A stretch of 64,000 nt of DNA from Tubiluchus corallicola (GCA_030141605.1 JAQGDQ010000723.1:1-64000); one strand, 5' to 3'. Positions 46,511 to 59,846 are shown, numbered from the stretch's first letter. Numbers and translations are program-made. Notes: generated from the sequence alone by a model not told the origin.

Positions 46511-46825
46511 GTAAGTTTAATCATTATATTTATAGACATATTTTTTGTAAATTTTTCCTAATAATTAAGCAGGCTTCATCGCTTTCTTTTCAAGTTTGTT
46601 GAAACAAAAGGAATATTTAACATTTTATGAAGTGATAACTTAATCACATTGGCTGATTAATTAATTGTTAATCAATTGAGTGATTAATGACATTTTTTGC
46701 AAAGTGAATAATACGTTTCAATTTCTTTTCTGGTAGAATTAAGCAATCATTTTAGAAATGACATCCTTTCCAGGACAATTTGTACATTTCCGCAGGGCAA
46801 AAACTGATACTGCTCTCTCTCTCCC

Positions 46826-46902
<77 letters not shown>

Positions 46903-49900
46903 AATTTATATCTATCTATCAACATCTTACTTGGAATATCTTAGCAGAAGCCGGAGTGCCATAAGATGATCATTTATGTATTTTACCATTATAAATTTAG
47001 ATTATAATACATTATAGAATTTTACCAAATAGTTATTAAAGTGACAAATTATATTATACACTATAATTATTGTTTTATTAAACAAGATTATACTAACTAT
47101 ATAACTACAAAAAATGTCGCTTAATATGCGAGCGGTTCGAAATTGATTAAACATTGCTTTATCGTTAATACAGAGTAAGCCTATACCCTAGTCCTAAATG
47201 CAGTGATTTTAGGGAAAAACGTTAAATTATCCCACTGGTGCGGTAGCTATAAGTACTAATCTTCAATAATATATTATATGTTCACGCCGTCTTAACGCAA
47301 AAATTGTACAACTGATTTTTTTATCAAAAAGTGTAGTTAGACAAGGGATGCAAAATGATGTAATTTGCGCTGCGCTTACGTTACTTATACAGATTTCAAA
47401 TTAACTGTAAATTAAAACGTTACGATGAACTTTGCTGGAATTATTCGATTTTACTACATTTATAATGTGGCTTAAACCAGTTCATTTTGCATTTTATGAA
47501 AGCGAAAAGTTCTTACATTAAAAGAGTTACACGTATTGAAGTATCAAATTAGCTAGTATCATGTAGCTAGTAGAGAGGAACTCAAAGAACGACTAACAAA
47601 CCTATACAAAGCAAACACATTACTTTTTGATATAAACAATCTTGACCCACAATTAAAAATCTTAGTTTTTCTTTCTGGTAGTTCTCTACTAAATTATGAA
47701 TAGAACATCATCGTATCACCGGATACAGCAATATACTGGCTCATCTAACCGTTTTAATTATATTAATTAACAATTGGAATAGTTATCTATATTTTGTGAT
47801 AGATTTGTTTTTCCTGTTAAACTGTACTCCTGTAAATTTTGCAGCCTGAGGCAACTTGATCAGAATTTATTTGCTGTTTGCCAATGTCAATTATTTCAAA
47901 TAAATGTTTATAAAAAAAGTATCAAATTAGGCTTAACTATCTAAAACGTGATTGATACGTAATACACTAGAAATAATTTTAATAGCCTTTATAAATTTAT
48001 AATCAAGTTTTGTTAAACATGTGCGTCGTAGAAGCCAGATGCCTACAAACAATAATGACATTATGTTAAATTTGAACATTATGTTAATTTAAATTTGGAC
48101 AACCTATGCGAGGCCCAACTGCGCACAAGTTATATTTTCTCTCACTAATTAGTGCAATAATCATTACCTTGGTAACTGCTCTAGACATCAACAAGAGTAT
48201 GCTTTCTAAAGTACTTGTAATAATGAAAACTTTTCTGCTTTTGATAATTCTTTTTTCTTGCCTCAGTTAAGTGCTGGATTTACTTACGCTTGATAACTCT
48301 AGCTCTTTAAACATCTTTAAATCTCGACTCAAGAATCACATGTGTTTTAATAAGCGACCTACTTACTTTTCGAGTGGTAGTGTGGTACTCGAAATTCATC
48401 TGCACACCATACTAGAATGAGGGTTGATTTTTGTCAACTAAATTAAGATTTATACTTCAGAAAATGTAAAAATTACGATAGGTCGCTAGTATCACCCAAT
48501 TGTCAATGTGGTTCTACTTATGAAACAGTCGGTCATTACTTAATTAGCTGCCCTCTTTACCACCAGGCCAGACGCGACTTATTTACGAATCTCTGCACTC
48601 TTTTCTCGGCTTTTAACATCAATGTTTACAGTCTTTCATCAAACAAACTTATATGTTTGTTCCTGCATGGGAACCATATCCTCTAGATAATTCTGTGAAC
48701 ACTCAAATTTTTGTTTTGGTGCAGTCTTTTATCTCAAACACCAAGCACTTTAAATAGTATTAACTTTGTTACTCTTGTTACATATTAATGCTTATATTTA
48801 TTGCAACATTTCTTGTACATTGTGGTCACCATTGTTCTGCATGTCTAGCGTTTCGCTCCCACTACGGGAGGACATATATCAGTTGTAAAATGGTCTGTTT
48901 CAAACCTATATGTTACACCTTCAATAAATTATGTTTAAATCAAAGTACTTGCAACTTAAATAGGCTAATAAACAAAAATGTTCTTTTCTCTACTTTTATG
49001 CTTAATATAAATTATTTCTGCCCAATTTCATTACTTTTATGATCGTTTATGAATAGGTTCTCTTGAGTAATCTCGACTGAAAATCTTTAAATTTGCGTGA
49101 TTTAGTGATAAGCAATTTACTCTGTCTGTCCTTATTGTTTGTTAAATTTACCTGCTTATTTACCGATTTACATCACATTAGATAGAAAAAAATTTTAAAA
49201 GCACACAAAAAAACAGATAGGCTTGTACAATGCACCTATAAAGGCCCATATCGTTCTTCTAGGTAGACGCAATATTAGGCTACAACAATGCGGCTATGTA
49301 TATTTCATCCGCAACTCAGACACTCAGATAAGGCAAAAGTAATTATAATGCACAAGAAAATTATAATAGAATTTGAATTATCGAATATAGTGTCATAAAC
49401 CTATCTATACAATCATTAAACGTACTAGGCATAAATGTCATTCTACTTAAGTCTCATACAGGCTTGACCGTTTATATATAAATAAAGTAGATATGAATTT
49501 AAGTGACAACACTAGCTTGTATATAACTTAATTGGCAAACTTATTGAAATAAATATGCCTATTTATTTGTTTATTCATTCAGTTTTGTTAATTTTACATC
49601 TTATTTTTTTCATTTACTTATTCATTCTTTTCATTTACGTATTTACCTAAGAATACGTTTTTCATCTGTTTAATTAGTTATTTTTCAATCAAGTATTTTT
49701 AGTTCAATTATATCATGACTGTGAACACTAGAATGTTCATAAACAATTGCAGTTTATTTTATAACAATTTTTACCAATTACGGGTAATGATTTGAAGAAG
49801 AAAGATTATCTTAATCTATCTTATCTCTATATCTTAATCTAATTTATCTTAATATATACTTACGCTATAAACTTACTGTTACTAAATCCTTTTAATGCCA

Positions 49901-52900
49901 TTCTCTTACAACGAGACGCAAACTAAATATGGACTATATCTAAAATAATTTTACAATGTAGTATCCACTACCTATGGCTTAGAATTATTTTTTATTATTC
50001 AACACCAATAAAATTAACTTCAAACTCCAGCTTGTAAGCAAATGGCTTAAGCTGTAAAACCAGCGCTTTTTGTTATAATTAGATTATAACGTAAATGCAG
50101 GTAAAATCACATTATACAATGAAAATCTTAGTAGTTTAATGTTATATTAAAATAAAATTTTATTGTTTAGTTGCTTAATTACCTGTGTTGTTGTCTATTT
50201 ATTCATACATTTGTCTGTCTGTGTGTCTGTCCATCCATCTATTCATCTATCTATCTGAAGTCTATCACTGCTAGCGCGTATGACAGCTAGGTCTTACACT
50301 ACTGTTACTTTGAACGAAGATAAACGCCAAACGTTATTATAAACAATTGCTTACAGTGGTATAGGCCTAATACCTGACGAATAACGTACTTATTTAGTTA
50401 GCTAATTAGGCCTACAGGCTTGCATTTTTGCTGAAGTTTTACCTATGCTGGTCTGATTGCCTATCATTATTATAAAGTACTTATGCACGTAAATGTGTAC
50501 GCTATTAAATTTAGGATTATTCTGTCACATTAAATATAAAAATAGCAGTTCATTTATTCCCTCACAATAATTGTATATGTAATAGCATTACATGCTTCCT
50601 CGCACTGTGAGACGCGTGATCCTAGATTTATCTGTTTACGACTGTTTGTTTGTTTGTTCATTAGGTTACAATCCCTATACCTCCCCGTATTCACTGGTCA
50701 GCGAACTGACAGGCAGATCCTCAAAACGAAAGAGAAGACACCGGACAATATTCACTGAAGAGCAACTGGAGCAACTAGAAAACACATTTGACAAGACACA
50801 TTACCCCGATGTATTGCTCCGCGAGGAACTAGCTGCAAAAGTAGATCTGAAAGAAGAACGAGTGGAGGTGAGTCAAAAGCTTAGCTGATTTGAAAAAACA
50901 AACACGTGACCCAATAATTTGGAGCACTTGGTAATTGGGAATTTTAGGAGTTGTTCGAAAAATGACACCAATAGCTCAATGGTAGCGTGCTCGCTTCTCA
51001 CTCGGGAGGTCACTGGTTCAACTGCCAACCGAGTCTGGCCAAACTTGAAAAATGATACGCCAGGTTCTTCGGCCAAGCACGCGGGCTTATCGAAGTAACA
51101 TGTGGGGAAATAATAATCGGTACGACCTTGGTAATAAATAATGTGTTACTTTAGGCATTATCTTAATCATTAAATCAATTATTTAACTTCAGCAGTACAT
51201 ATACAAAACCACAACATGCAATATGATTAGAAAAAAACCAGTATAGGTAAAAACACTAATGAAGTCATATTAACCAAGAGCATATGCAATACCTCTCGAC
51301 TATGTCCTTATGATGATAATGACCAGAAGTAGCTGTGATATCTTTGTATGAACATCAAGTAAGTTAAGGAAGTTTGAATTGGTTTAAGCAGCGCACGCTT
51401 ACGGAAAGCCACGATCGGCTTACGAAAAGTCACGAAGTTCACAAGTTACAACACAAATTTGAGGTGAATGGAGGCATCCACCGCGCATGAAAATTTCTAT
51501 ACAACAGTAGTATAAAAGACTATATGCTTTATAGATAGTTTTTGTGCAAATTTAGGTAATGAACTTTAGGTAAGCTACAGATGTTTGAATTAGTGTAAGC
51601 TGTCGGCACTTACGAAAAGCCAGTTGCGTTTGCAAAGAATCGCGAAGTCCACCAGTTACGTCATAACTTTCAACTGATGGCGACGCCACCGTGCTGAAAA
51701 TTTCTATAGTGCCATAGTGTAAAATCACTTTCTAGACAATTTTTTCGCCATTCTGTTTGTTACATTTTTCTATATTTAGGTGATCATAGTAAAATAAACC
51801 CAACATGCTAAATTACTTGTCTTCTCCTTTAATAACATCGCATTTGTCACCTTACAGCTCAACTTCTGATTAAAAGCTGATCTGAAATTTGCTAAATTAG
51901 ACGCTTTTGTGCAAAGCGTAAAATAGGTGAAATAACATCGTCAGTGTGAAAAGTAATGCGTGACACTGGTACTGCCTGAAGGTAACTAAGCAATCACGTA
52001 AAGGTATGAATTAGGTAGCTAGGATCCAAAGCAACAAGAGGCCATTTTGAATGCTGAAATAATTAATCTTGACTTGATTAACTTACTCAAGTGTGATGTA
52101 CGATCTTGTTGCATAGAAAAGATTATCTGCAGATATCATAATATACGTTTTACGTCACTGGGTTTCATTTTAAGACTTTGAGAAATTAAGTAAATTTCCT
52201 GTTCTAATTTAAAATTTCTAGACTACCGATGAACAATATATTTAAATTTACTTCTAGGACATGTAATAAACCTGTATAAACTAAACAAATAATCGAAAAA
52301 AAGAGTAAGCCCCATCAAGTAACTAAAAACAGACGAGAAATTAAAATGTTTAATAGATCATCACTTTATTGCATTTTAGACCCCCCCCCCAAATTCATGC
52401 ATTTTAGATACCTAAATTCAATGTTGAAAAATTATGTTTGCATTGTGATTCAATCTAGAGTACAAGTAAGAAGTAAAAATTATACAACACGTCTTAATTT
52501 AAAGTAGAACACATATCTCAAATCAATGGTGAAAATATTTTGTCAATAAAATATTTATGTGATAAATGTCTTAGCTAAGAGTAGGGCGAAAATATGAAGT
52601 TTTTGTAAAGTAAGTGCAGTATTGTGATTCAGTTTACGGCTATATCACGTTGAAAACACCGGTTCTCGTCTGATCACCGAAGTTAAACAACGTAGAGCCT
52701 GGTTAGTACTTGGATGGGTAACCACCTAGGAATACCAGGGGCTGTAGGCTTGCGGGATGCCCACACTGTATCTCGACACTAAGCGGAGGAGCTGCACAAG
52801 CAGCCAACGGCTAGAGGGCAGAGGAGGTCAAGTGACCCAACGGCCATGTGTAGAGGAGTAAACCTTCCAAATCAGGAGTGGAGCCCCGAAGACGGACCAG

Positions 52901-55900
52901 TGCAGCATGCTCACTGACTCCAGCCGCTCCTGCAGCCAACCTGGTGCCAAACGTATCGTTCCGCTTTCATTTTGGACTACACCGGGGAGGAAGAGAGGGG
53001 CTTCCTGTTGTCTGGGCAACTCAGGATCTCCATACACCTTGCCTAGGCGTGCGCCCTGGAGACGTTCAAGAATCGGACTGCTCAGCCACAGTCGACGCTG
53101 CAGCTCCATCAAAGTGATCAATAACTGACTCTCTTGGCGCACACTCCATTGTCTTCCAAGACAGAAGGATGCCAACAACAACATTGTGATTCAGTGTTGA
53201 CTTCATATAAAAATTAAATTCGTGTTCAATGCACATGTACAGGTTAATTGTTATGTACGCGCACAATAAAATGCTTGTACAACCTCAACGCTATTAATTA
53301 ATAAGTATTAATAAGCGTGATTCAATGCAGAGTATACAAATATAAGAGTGAATAAAATGATATAAAAGAATCACAGGATACTAAGAACGACTTAAGTACT
53401 TCAAGGTAACAACGTAAACCTTGCTTTAATGTAAGTAAATTAATGTGAGATGAAATTAATTTTAGCGTGATATGGGTCACCAAAGTTGTATAAGTACAAA
53501 AGACCATGACTCACTGTTGAATACATGTATGTACCTAATAATGTTTGTGTAATACAAGCACGTATGAAACCTGTTCGGATTATGGCTTCATCAAGATTTA
53601 ATGCGCCGATTCGAATCCGTCAATCCCAAATGCAAACTGAGTCTCTGATTCCAACCTTAATCCGAACCAACTGCCAACTCTTACACATGCTAATACGGTT
53701 CTTCAGTATTATCCGCTCATCAGGGCTACTAATTTTAATCACGTCCATTCCAAGAGCTGCAGGTCGTAGCATATAAGTTGTCCTAGATTTGTATTTAACT
53801 CGTTTTTATACATAAACATATAGGGGAGACCCGGGTAAAGTGGATCACTTAAGGGTTTCCATTCATAGAGTTCAAGACGTTTGATCTGTAACATGCCCTA
53901 TTCTTCCGTAGGAAACTCTGCTATATTCATGTGGTATAATTACTATTACTCGTTTAACAGATAATTCCGAAATACGAAACCAAAATTTCTAGGGCAAAGT
54001 GGATCTCTTCCAAGCATAGTGGATCATACCGGAGCGGTTGAGTTCAACTAACTAACAATATTTATTAAATCGATTTTGTTTATTTTGCAAAAGTAAATTG
54101 ATATGAAGCAGCAATGAACCATCCATCATATGTAAAAACAGTAGCGAATAAATTTGCACTAAGTGGAATTTATCATCTATAAAAGTGAACAATCGCAAGA
54201 AAGTGGGTGAAAAGTTTATTTTTGTGTACCGCGTTTAGACAAACTTTGCAAAGATCGAGGTCGTTTATGCAGAGTACACAGTAGATGATGACGTAACATC
54301 ACACAGTGCGTAGACCGCGACGCCTTACGGAAAAAAGAGCAAACACATTTGATCCGCTTTGCCCAGTGATCCACTTTACCCGGGTCTCCCCTATATATAT
54401 ATAATTGTCTATATATTTGTATACATAATTATATATTCCATTTTTAAAAGAATTTACTTCCGAGTACAACCAACAGCCGCTAAGGACGAGCATTCTTTAC
54501 CACAAAGTGAATTCGAATTGAATCGAACGTCTGACTTTCGAATTTTATCTGAAGTTTAACGATTTTCGAATCACTAATAAAAAGCGGTCTCACAAAAGTC
54601 GTGTATATTACATGATTTTGTTCTGCAGTAAAAACACTAATAAAAATACCATGCTTAAAACCTAGACACAGAAATCACAGATAAATTGTGCTAGTTGCAT
54701 GATGTTTCAAACATTTTAATGATAAAGAACACATGAAGCTGAAGTGCTGAATTACTCCAATCTGTAATTTTAGGCTCGAGCCGAATTCGAACGAAAAAAC
54801 TCGTTTAAATCGAATTAGAATTCTATTTGATATACACTCCCAGGGCCAACACGAACCAACATGATGAAAGATCGCTAAGTAGTAATAGCAAGTAGTTTCA
54901 AAACTTTCTTGGCACAATGTTTCCTTAAAAAGTTTGTTTAATGCTCTACAGCCAGTAGATGGCGCTCGTGATAGATTTTCACGGTCTATTTGTTGCAATT
55001 TCAGTTAATAATAATATATAATAATAATAATTTCAGTTAATAATAATATATAATAATAGTAATATCTTTATTTAAGAAAGCTACTTACAATCCCAAGAAA
55101 AGATTATAATAAAAACACGTTAAAATATTGTTTATTTTATTAAACTTAAATAGACGGTTGGCCCAAAGTTATGGAAAAGGATCGAAATTCATAGAATTTT
55201 AATTAATTTTACCTGATTTTAACTTACGTTAATGTTTTACCGAAAAACAAAAAATTTACTGAACTATTTTTACAACATTATTTTTCGGCATTTTAATAGT
55301 TTTCTTTACAATATTTATGAAAGTTCTGCGTTCATTAATGTCCTGTTCACCTCTCTCTCTCACCTGTTCACCTCTCTCTCTCACCTGTTCATTCTCAAAT
55401 TCATGGAAGGATTCTGTTGATTACATAGTAACACCCTGGTATATTCGTTTATGAAAGTGGTACAAAAAACAGATTTTAGCGCTTATATCTTAACGCTCTT
55501 CCATTAATGACGTCGTTCGTTGGTTGAAAAACAGCAGTGCACTGCAAATTTATGTCAAAAGCAGAATAAGTTTTTACACAAAATTAGATATAGTATCAGC
55601 TTATGGTGTTGGGTCTTATTTATCCGCTAGCTGTTCCATTCAGTATAGCAGGTTATACTAGAATAATGCAATATGAACTAATTACTGCACAGAATGTTTA
55701 ATTTTATTAAAGGAAAGATCAAGCCTTCTGGGAAGTTAGGCTTATATTCAATAATCCAGAAAAATGCTAGAAGGATTTAGTAATAAAAGTGTGTTAAGCG
55801 CCTCGTGTAATCAGTAAAATCACTACAAAGTTGCGATCATTTTACGTTTGGGAGGCCATTTTGAACGCTCATTCTTCCACCAATGACGTCGTTCATCGGT

Positions 55901-58900
55901 TAAGGAAAAGCAGCAGACTGACATTTTTCGTCAAAAGTATAATAAAATGCTATAAAAAAATTGGATAGCTAATTTTGTGATATTTTTGTATGAACATGAA
56001 GTAAGTTGCGGAAGTTTGAATTGGTTTAAGCAGCGTGCGCTTACGGAAAGCCACGATCCGCTTACGGAAAGTCACGAAGTTCACAAGTTACCTCATAAAT
56101 TTGAGATGAATGGATCCAGCCACCGCGCATGAAAATTTCTATAAAACAGTAGTATAAAAGACTATATGCTTTATAGATAGTTTTTGTGCAAATTTCCTTT
56201 TTTATATTTTTTTAAGTTTAAGTGATATCAGCAAAATAAGCCAAACATACTGAGTGATTTGTTGTTTCCTTTAACTTGAGGGGGATGTTTAGTTCTTTTT
56301 CTTCTTAGGCAGCAAGAACAGTATTTGCAAAATATAGTTCCTCGTCGTGAGAAAAGCAAAAGTTATTTGTAAATCACAGCAGCATGCGAGTTAAGAATGC
56401 GACTTACTGAAAACTTGTGAGAACTAAGCGATTAAGCGCTAGCGTTTACGCATAAATCTGTTTAACTGTTTGAACAAAAGGTGTTTAGAAAAAAGCGTTT
56501 ATGTTCACGTTCGTAAAAAGCGCCGCCTAGCAAAGCGGCCACGCGGAGTGATTAAATGCGCACAAATCTCTAAGATTTCTTTGATCTGCCTGCAAGCCAG
56601 TGAAGAGCATTATAGAGTAACTCCATTATAATTTATTCACTTATAATCCTGGATAAATGTGGACTGGGACTTGGGGCGGATGCAGACTTAAAAGCTGCCC
56701 CCTTTTTTAGATTTCGATCCGCCATTGGTGCTAATCTAAACATCTACAGATTCTAAACAGTCATCCACCCTTTCTTCTCTCTCGGCATTGATCCACCCTG
56801 AACAAGACCCTCTTCACATCCGCCCTCGATTGGGACAGCTGTTTGCGTGAATTACATTTCATGACGCGCTAATACATAAAGAAATAACAAATATATGTAG
56901 AACTTTTTGAAAGAGCTGGCATATTGAGGTTTGCAAGTAGAACCTGAACGGATTTAATGCACAGGTGGGCCAATTTCCACCTTCAACTTTTGTGTAATTA
57001 TTTCGTCCACAACTTTGATAACAGCAAATTGACAATCATTAGTTTGTTCAAACAACGTCAAAGTGAAACTATGTTTCAACTCAATTAAAACCGCGCGAAA
57101 AAATCTGAAGTACAAAACGGAAAGAAAACAGAAACGATAACGAAAAAAACAAGTTTCTGTTAGAAAGACATATGAACTTAATAGGTCAGCTAAAACATAC
57201 TGCGTGAAGGGGTAGTAACAGGTGAAGGGGTCGGCTGTTTCTGAGGCGGAAACAAATAAGTATAGATGGTGTGGGGTGGCTGATCCGATAACGTATGTTT
57301 GTCGCCACCCCTTCCCACTTACTTTGATTGCAGTATTTACTGATGTTGTTTTTTTTAGTTTGGGATAAAATAAATAATTTGAATTTAGATGCACACAGAA
57401 CAAAATGTTGACTAAATTACAAAAATTGTAAAGTAAGAGTTAATTTAAAGCTGCTAAACAAGCTGAAATTAGCGTCTTAGCAATGTGGAAGGTCTGCTAA
57501 CAGCCAGCAAATTATCAACGAATATTTGACAAAGGTATGAAATATTGTTTGCAAGCGTTTGTGTTGTGCTGTTGCGTTTAAATGGTTGAATGAACACGGT
57601 TTACTGTTTTATTCACGTGTTCAATTTAGACGCTACAAACATACAGAAAAAGAAGTTGCAAGGGAAAATATATATGAAATTGCATGAAAAACTGGTGATT
57701 TTTTTAAGCACAGATCATAGGATGTAATGACAATGTTTACCAAAAAGTACAATAAATTCAAAACTTACATGTCACCAAAAACACTGGAAAAATCGCTAAG
57801 ACGAACGAGACTTAATTTGTAAACAGCTGGTGCTGCCCCCTATCAGATACGCTGAGAGATAATTACAGAACGTTTAACCCCAGCGATTTTGTGCATTTTG
57901 ACCTGCATGTCAGACCCAAATCATCGCTTTTCTTACATTGTTCGTCCCGCTAGAGGGCCTTACGGTAGAGGGCCGTAAGCGCTGCATAACGACACTCAAG
58001 AAAAGTGAAGAAAGAAACAACGAAACTAAAACTTAGAAATTAAAAGAGGCGACTGAGGAGAACAACGACAAAACAAAAACCTGATGACAATGCTTCAAAT
58101 CTGACAGGACCAACGACACTCAGCAGGCAGACAGAAGTGCATCCAACGATGTCACGTGTTCGTTTTTTCTACAGGAAACCACTCCTCAACCAATCGCAGG
58201 TAATGTTATGGGCTTCCTAGTTTAAAGTGGGGTCATAACATTACCTGTAGGTTGTCTATGAATAAATGTAATGCACATTCACCTGTTCAGCTCAATATTT
58301 TATAATGCAGGCGCTTCCAACAGACTTCAAAAACAGTATAATTTCGATAAATATGGTACAAAGGAAAATAAAAGCCAATTTTAATGTCCCAGAAAACGTT
58401 CCGTACAAAGTTATATTACTTTACCTGTATTGCATTATGCTTACCTGTTTGAAATACTTACGTAACTAGAAAAGAAGATTCTGAGTAAAAGTTACTGTTT
58501 CACCTTTCCAATGTACACAATAGATGCTAACCAAAACACATTTTTAATCTCATAGAAAAGATAAAGTAATTTAAATTTTTGCTTAGTTAGTTAAGAATAT
58601 GACACCGAATGCTCTGATTATTTTTCAAACTTTATGCAATGTTATTTAAACTTGTTTCAAATGATTTATCGTTAAAATGGCAGTGTCTAACAGTCATCGC
58701 GAGAGTTTAAATTTACAAGTTTCATACAGCGTTGTTGCCAATACAAGCCCTGTGCGCAATAAGGCAGCGTGAAGGTGATGCAAATTTCGAGACGATATTT
58801 TTAGGCTTTATGCAAGTAAAGGGTTTTCTTAAGCATTATAAGGATTGAAATACATAATACATAATGCATAATACATAAAATACATAATATGGTGAATATA

Positions 58901-59207
58901 TTATTGGCAGGTTTGGTTCAAAAACAGAAGAGCCAAATGGAGGAAGCAGAAACGTGAAGATGCCGATCGGGCTCGTCGGCTACTGGCAGAGAAAACTCGG
59001 ACAGAAGGCGCCGCCCTGGTGGAGCAACGACGAACAGCAGTAGAAGTTGGTCAGATTGAGCCTCGGGCTTCGTCCATACCCGCACTGTTACAAGAACGTG
59101 ATGACGCAAGCACAGATTACGTCAGAGCAGATATTAGGCAAACTTTCACAGAACCTGAGCATTCAAAAGAACTAAATCTTCTTATACAGCGTGCACGAAA
59201 AACTTGA
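46270..59207 (+). CDS. gsc: Goosecoid homeobox protein, 246 aa; join(46270-46510,50665-50867,58911-59207)
   Basis: eh1 motif FTIDSIL; homeodomain [46 protein letters not shown]|[12 protein letters not shown] (K50), with the typical paired-class intron in helix 3. Confidence 0.95.
46813..46898. repeat. Compound (CT)n(AT)n microsatellite
   Basis: Directly visible. Confidence 0.95.
50665..50867 (+). CDS. gsc: goosecoid exon 2 (homeodomain N-part)
   Basis: cattag acceptor; [14 protein letters not shown]...EERVE; gag|gtgagt donor. Confidence 0.95.
50965..51110 (+). mobile_element. tRNA-derived SINE fragment (Meta-domain-like body)
   Basis: A box tagctcaatggtag, B box ggttcaac, then aaacttgaaaaatgatac...cttcggccaagcacgcgg. 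Confidence 0.55.
52632..52751 (+). pseudogene. 5S rRNA-like sequence (SINE head, not a functional 5S gene)
   Basis: gtttacggctatatcacgttgaaaacaccggttctcgtctgatcaccgaagttaaacaacg...ttagtacttggatggg...gctgtaggctt; several substitutions; no oligo-T terminator after it. Confidence 0.85.
52632..53182 (+). mobile_element. 5S rRNA-derived SINE (SINE3 type) in goosecoid intron 2
   Basis: Full-length 5S-like head, about 430-bp GC-richer body, (AAC)3 tail, TSD attgtgattca(gt) at 52621 and 53183. Confidence 0.85.
53823..54391. mobile_element. Young MITE with TA(TA) flanks
   Basis: Perfect 27-bp TIR ggggagacccgggtaaagtggatcact; internal agtggatc repeats. Confidence 0.9.
54481..54843. mobile_element. 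TTCGAA-rich hAT-like MITE, copy 3 (degenerate)
   Basis: Collinear with 10187-10549 (ttcaaacattttaatgat...gctgaagtgctgaatta). Confidence 0.65.
55711..56270. mobile_element. Kolobok-like MITE (family C); related pieces at about 51345-51828, 55480-55600 and 12345-12445
   Basis: ttaa|aggaaa ... tttcct|ttaa; about 200 bp near-identical between 51350-51550 and 55990-56195. Confidence 0.65.
58380..58835. mobile_element. Partial Kolobok-like family A copy just upstream of gsc exon 3
   Basis: Collinear with 17820-18290. Confidence 0.65.
58911..59207 (+). CDS. gsc: goosecoid exon 3
   Basis: ggcag acceptor; [16 protein letters not shown]...ARKT then TGA. Confidence 0.93.
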   Translation, partial: VWFKNRRAKWRKQKREDADRARRLLAEKTRTEGAALVEQRRTAVEVGQIEPRASSIPALLQERDDASTDYVRADIRQTFTEPEHSKELNLLIQRARKT

Positions 59208-59846
59208 ATTACTCTACCAGTATGAGGATAAAATGTATTTATTTGTGTATAATGTAGTGTAGTGACTGTATTATAAGAATAATTAATTTATCTTTTTTTG
59301 GAATTTGTAGTGTACATAATAGTATCAGTGTTTTGTGTAAATCAGGTTATGTACTGCGTATAGTAGCTTTATCATGTAGTGTTTAGAATGGTATTCTATC
59401 CGAGAAACTCGATAAAGTTAAAATATTCGAGAAATTTAACCTTATTTATTTTGCTTTGTTATTTTGTGTTTGTCTAAAACACAAAAGTTCTCATGACAGC
59501 AGCTTAAAAATATTTTTCTTGGCCACACATTACAAAGATTAAAGTTCGACTAACGACATTACAGAAAATTAATACTGTTGGACAACTGCTATTTGTACCT
59601 TCGTACATTTTCCCACAGAAACTTGTGTGTCACAAAACTAATTTAAAAACAAGTTAACAGAGATTTGATCAAAAAACATTTCGCGACTGAGAAAATAAAG
59701 AGAAAAAACTCATTTAAGCAAAGTATTTTTAATTTATATATATACATACATACATACATTATATATATATATATACAACATACGCACATGCAAGTGTAAT
59801 AATGTGTCCATTATAACATTGCACCATCTTCAAGCTTCAGTCTTAA

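Noticed and set aside
52632-52751. Functional 5S rRNA gene
   Set aside because: Single copy, substitutions in conserved positions, no T-run terminator, and embedded in a TSD-flanked retroposon.
52828-53184. 118-aa and overlapping ORFs in goosecoid intron 2
   Set aside because: They lie within the GC-richer SINE body and show no protein motifs.
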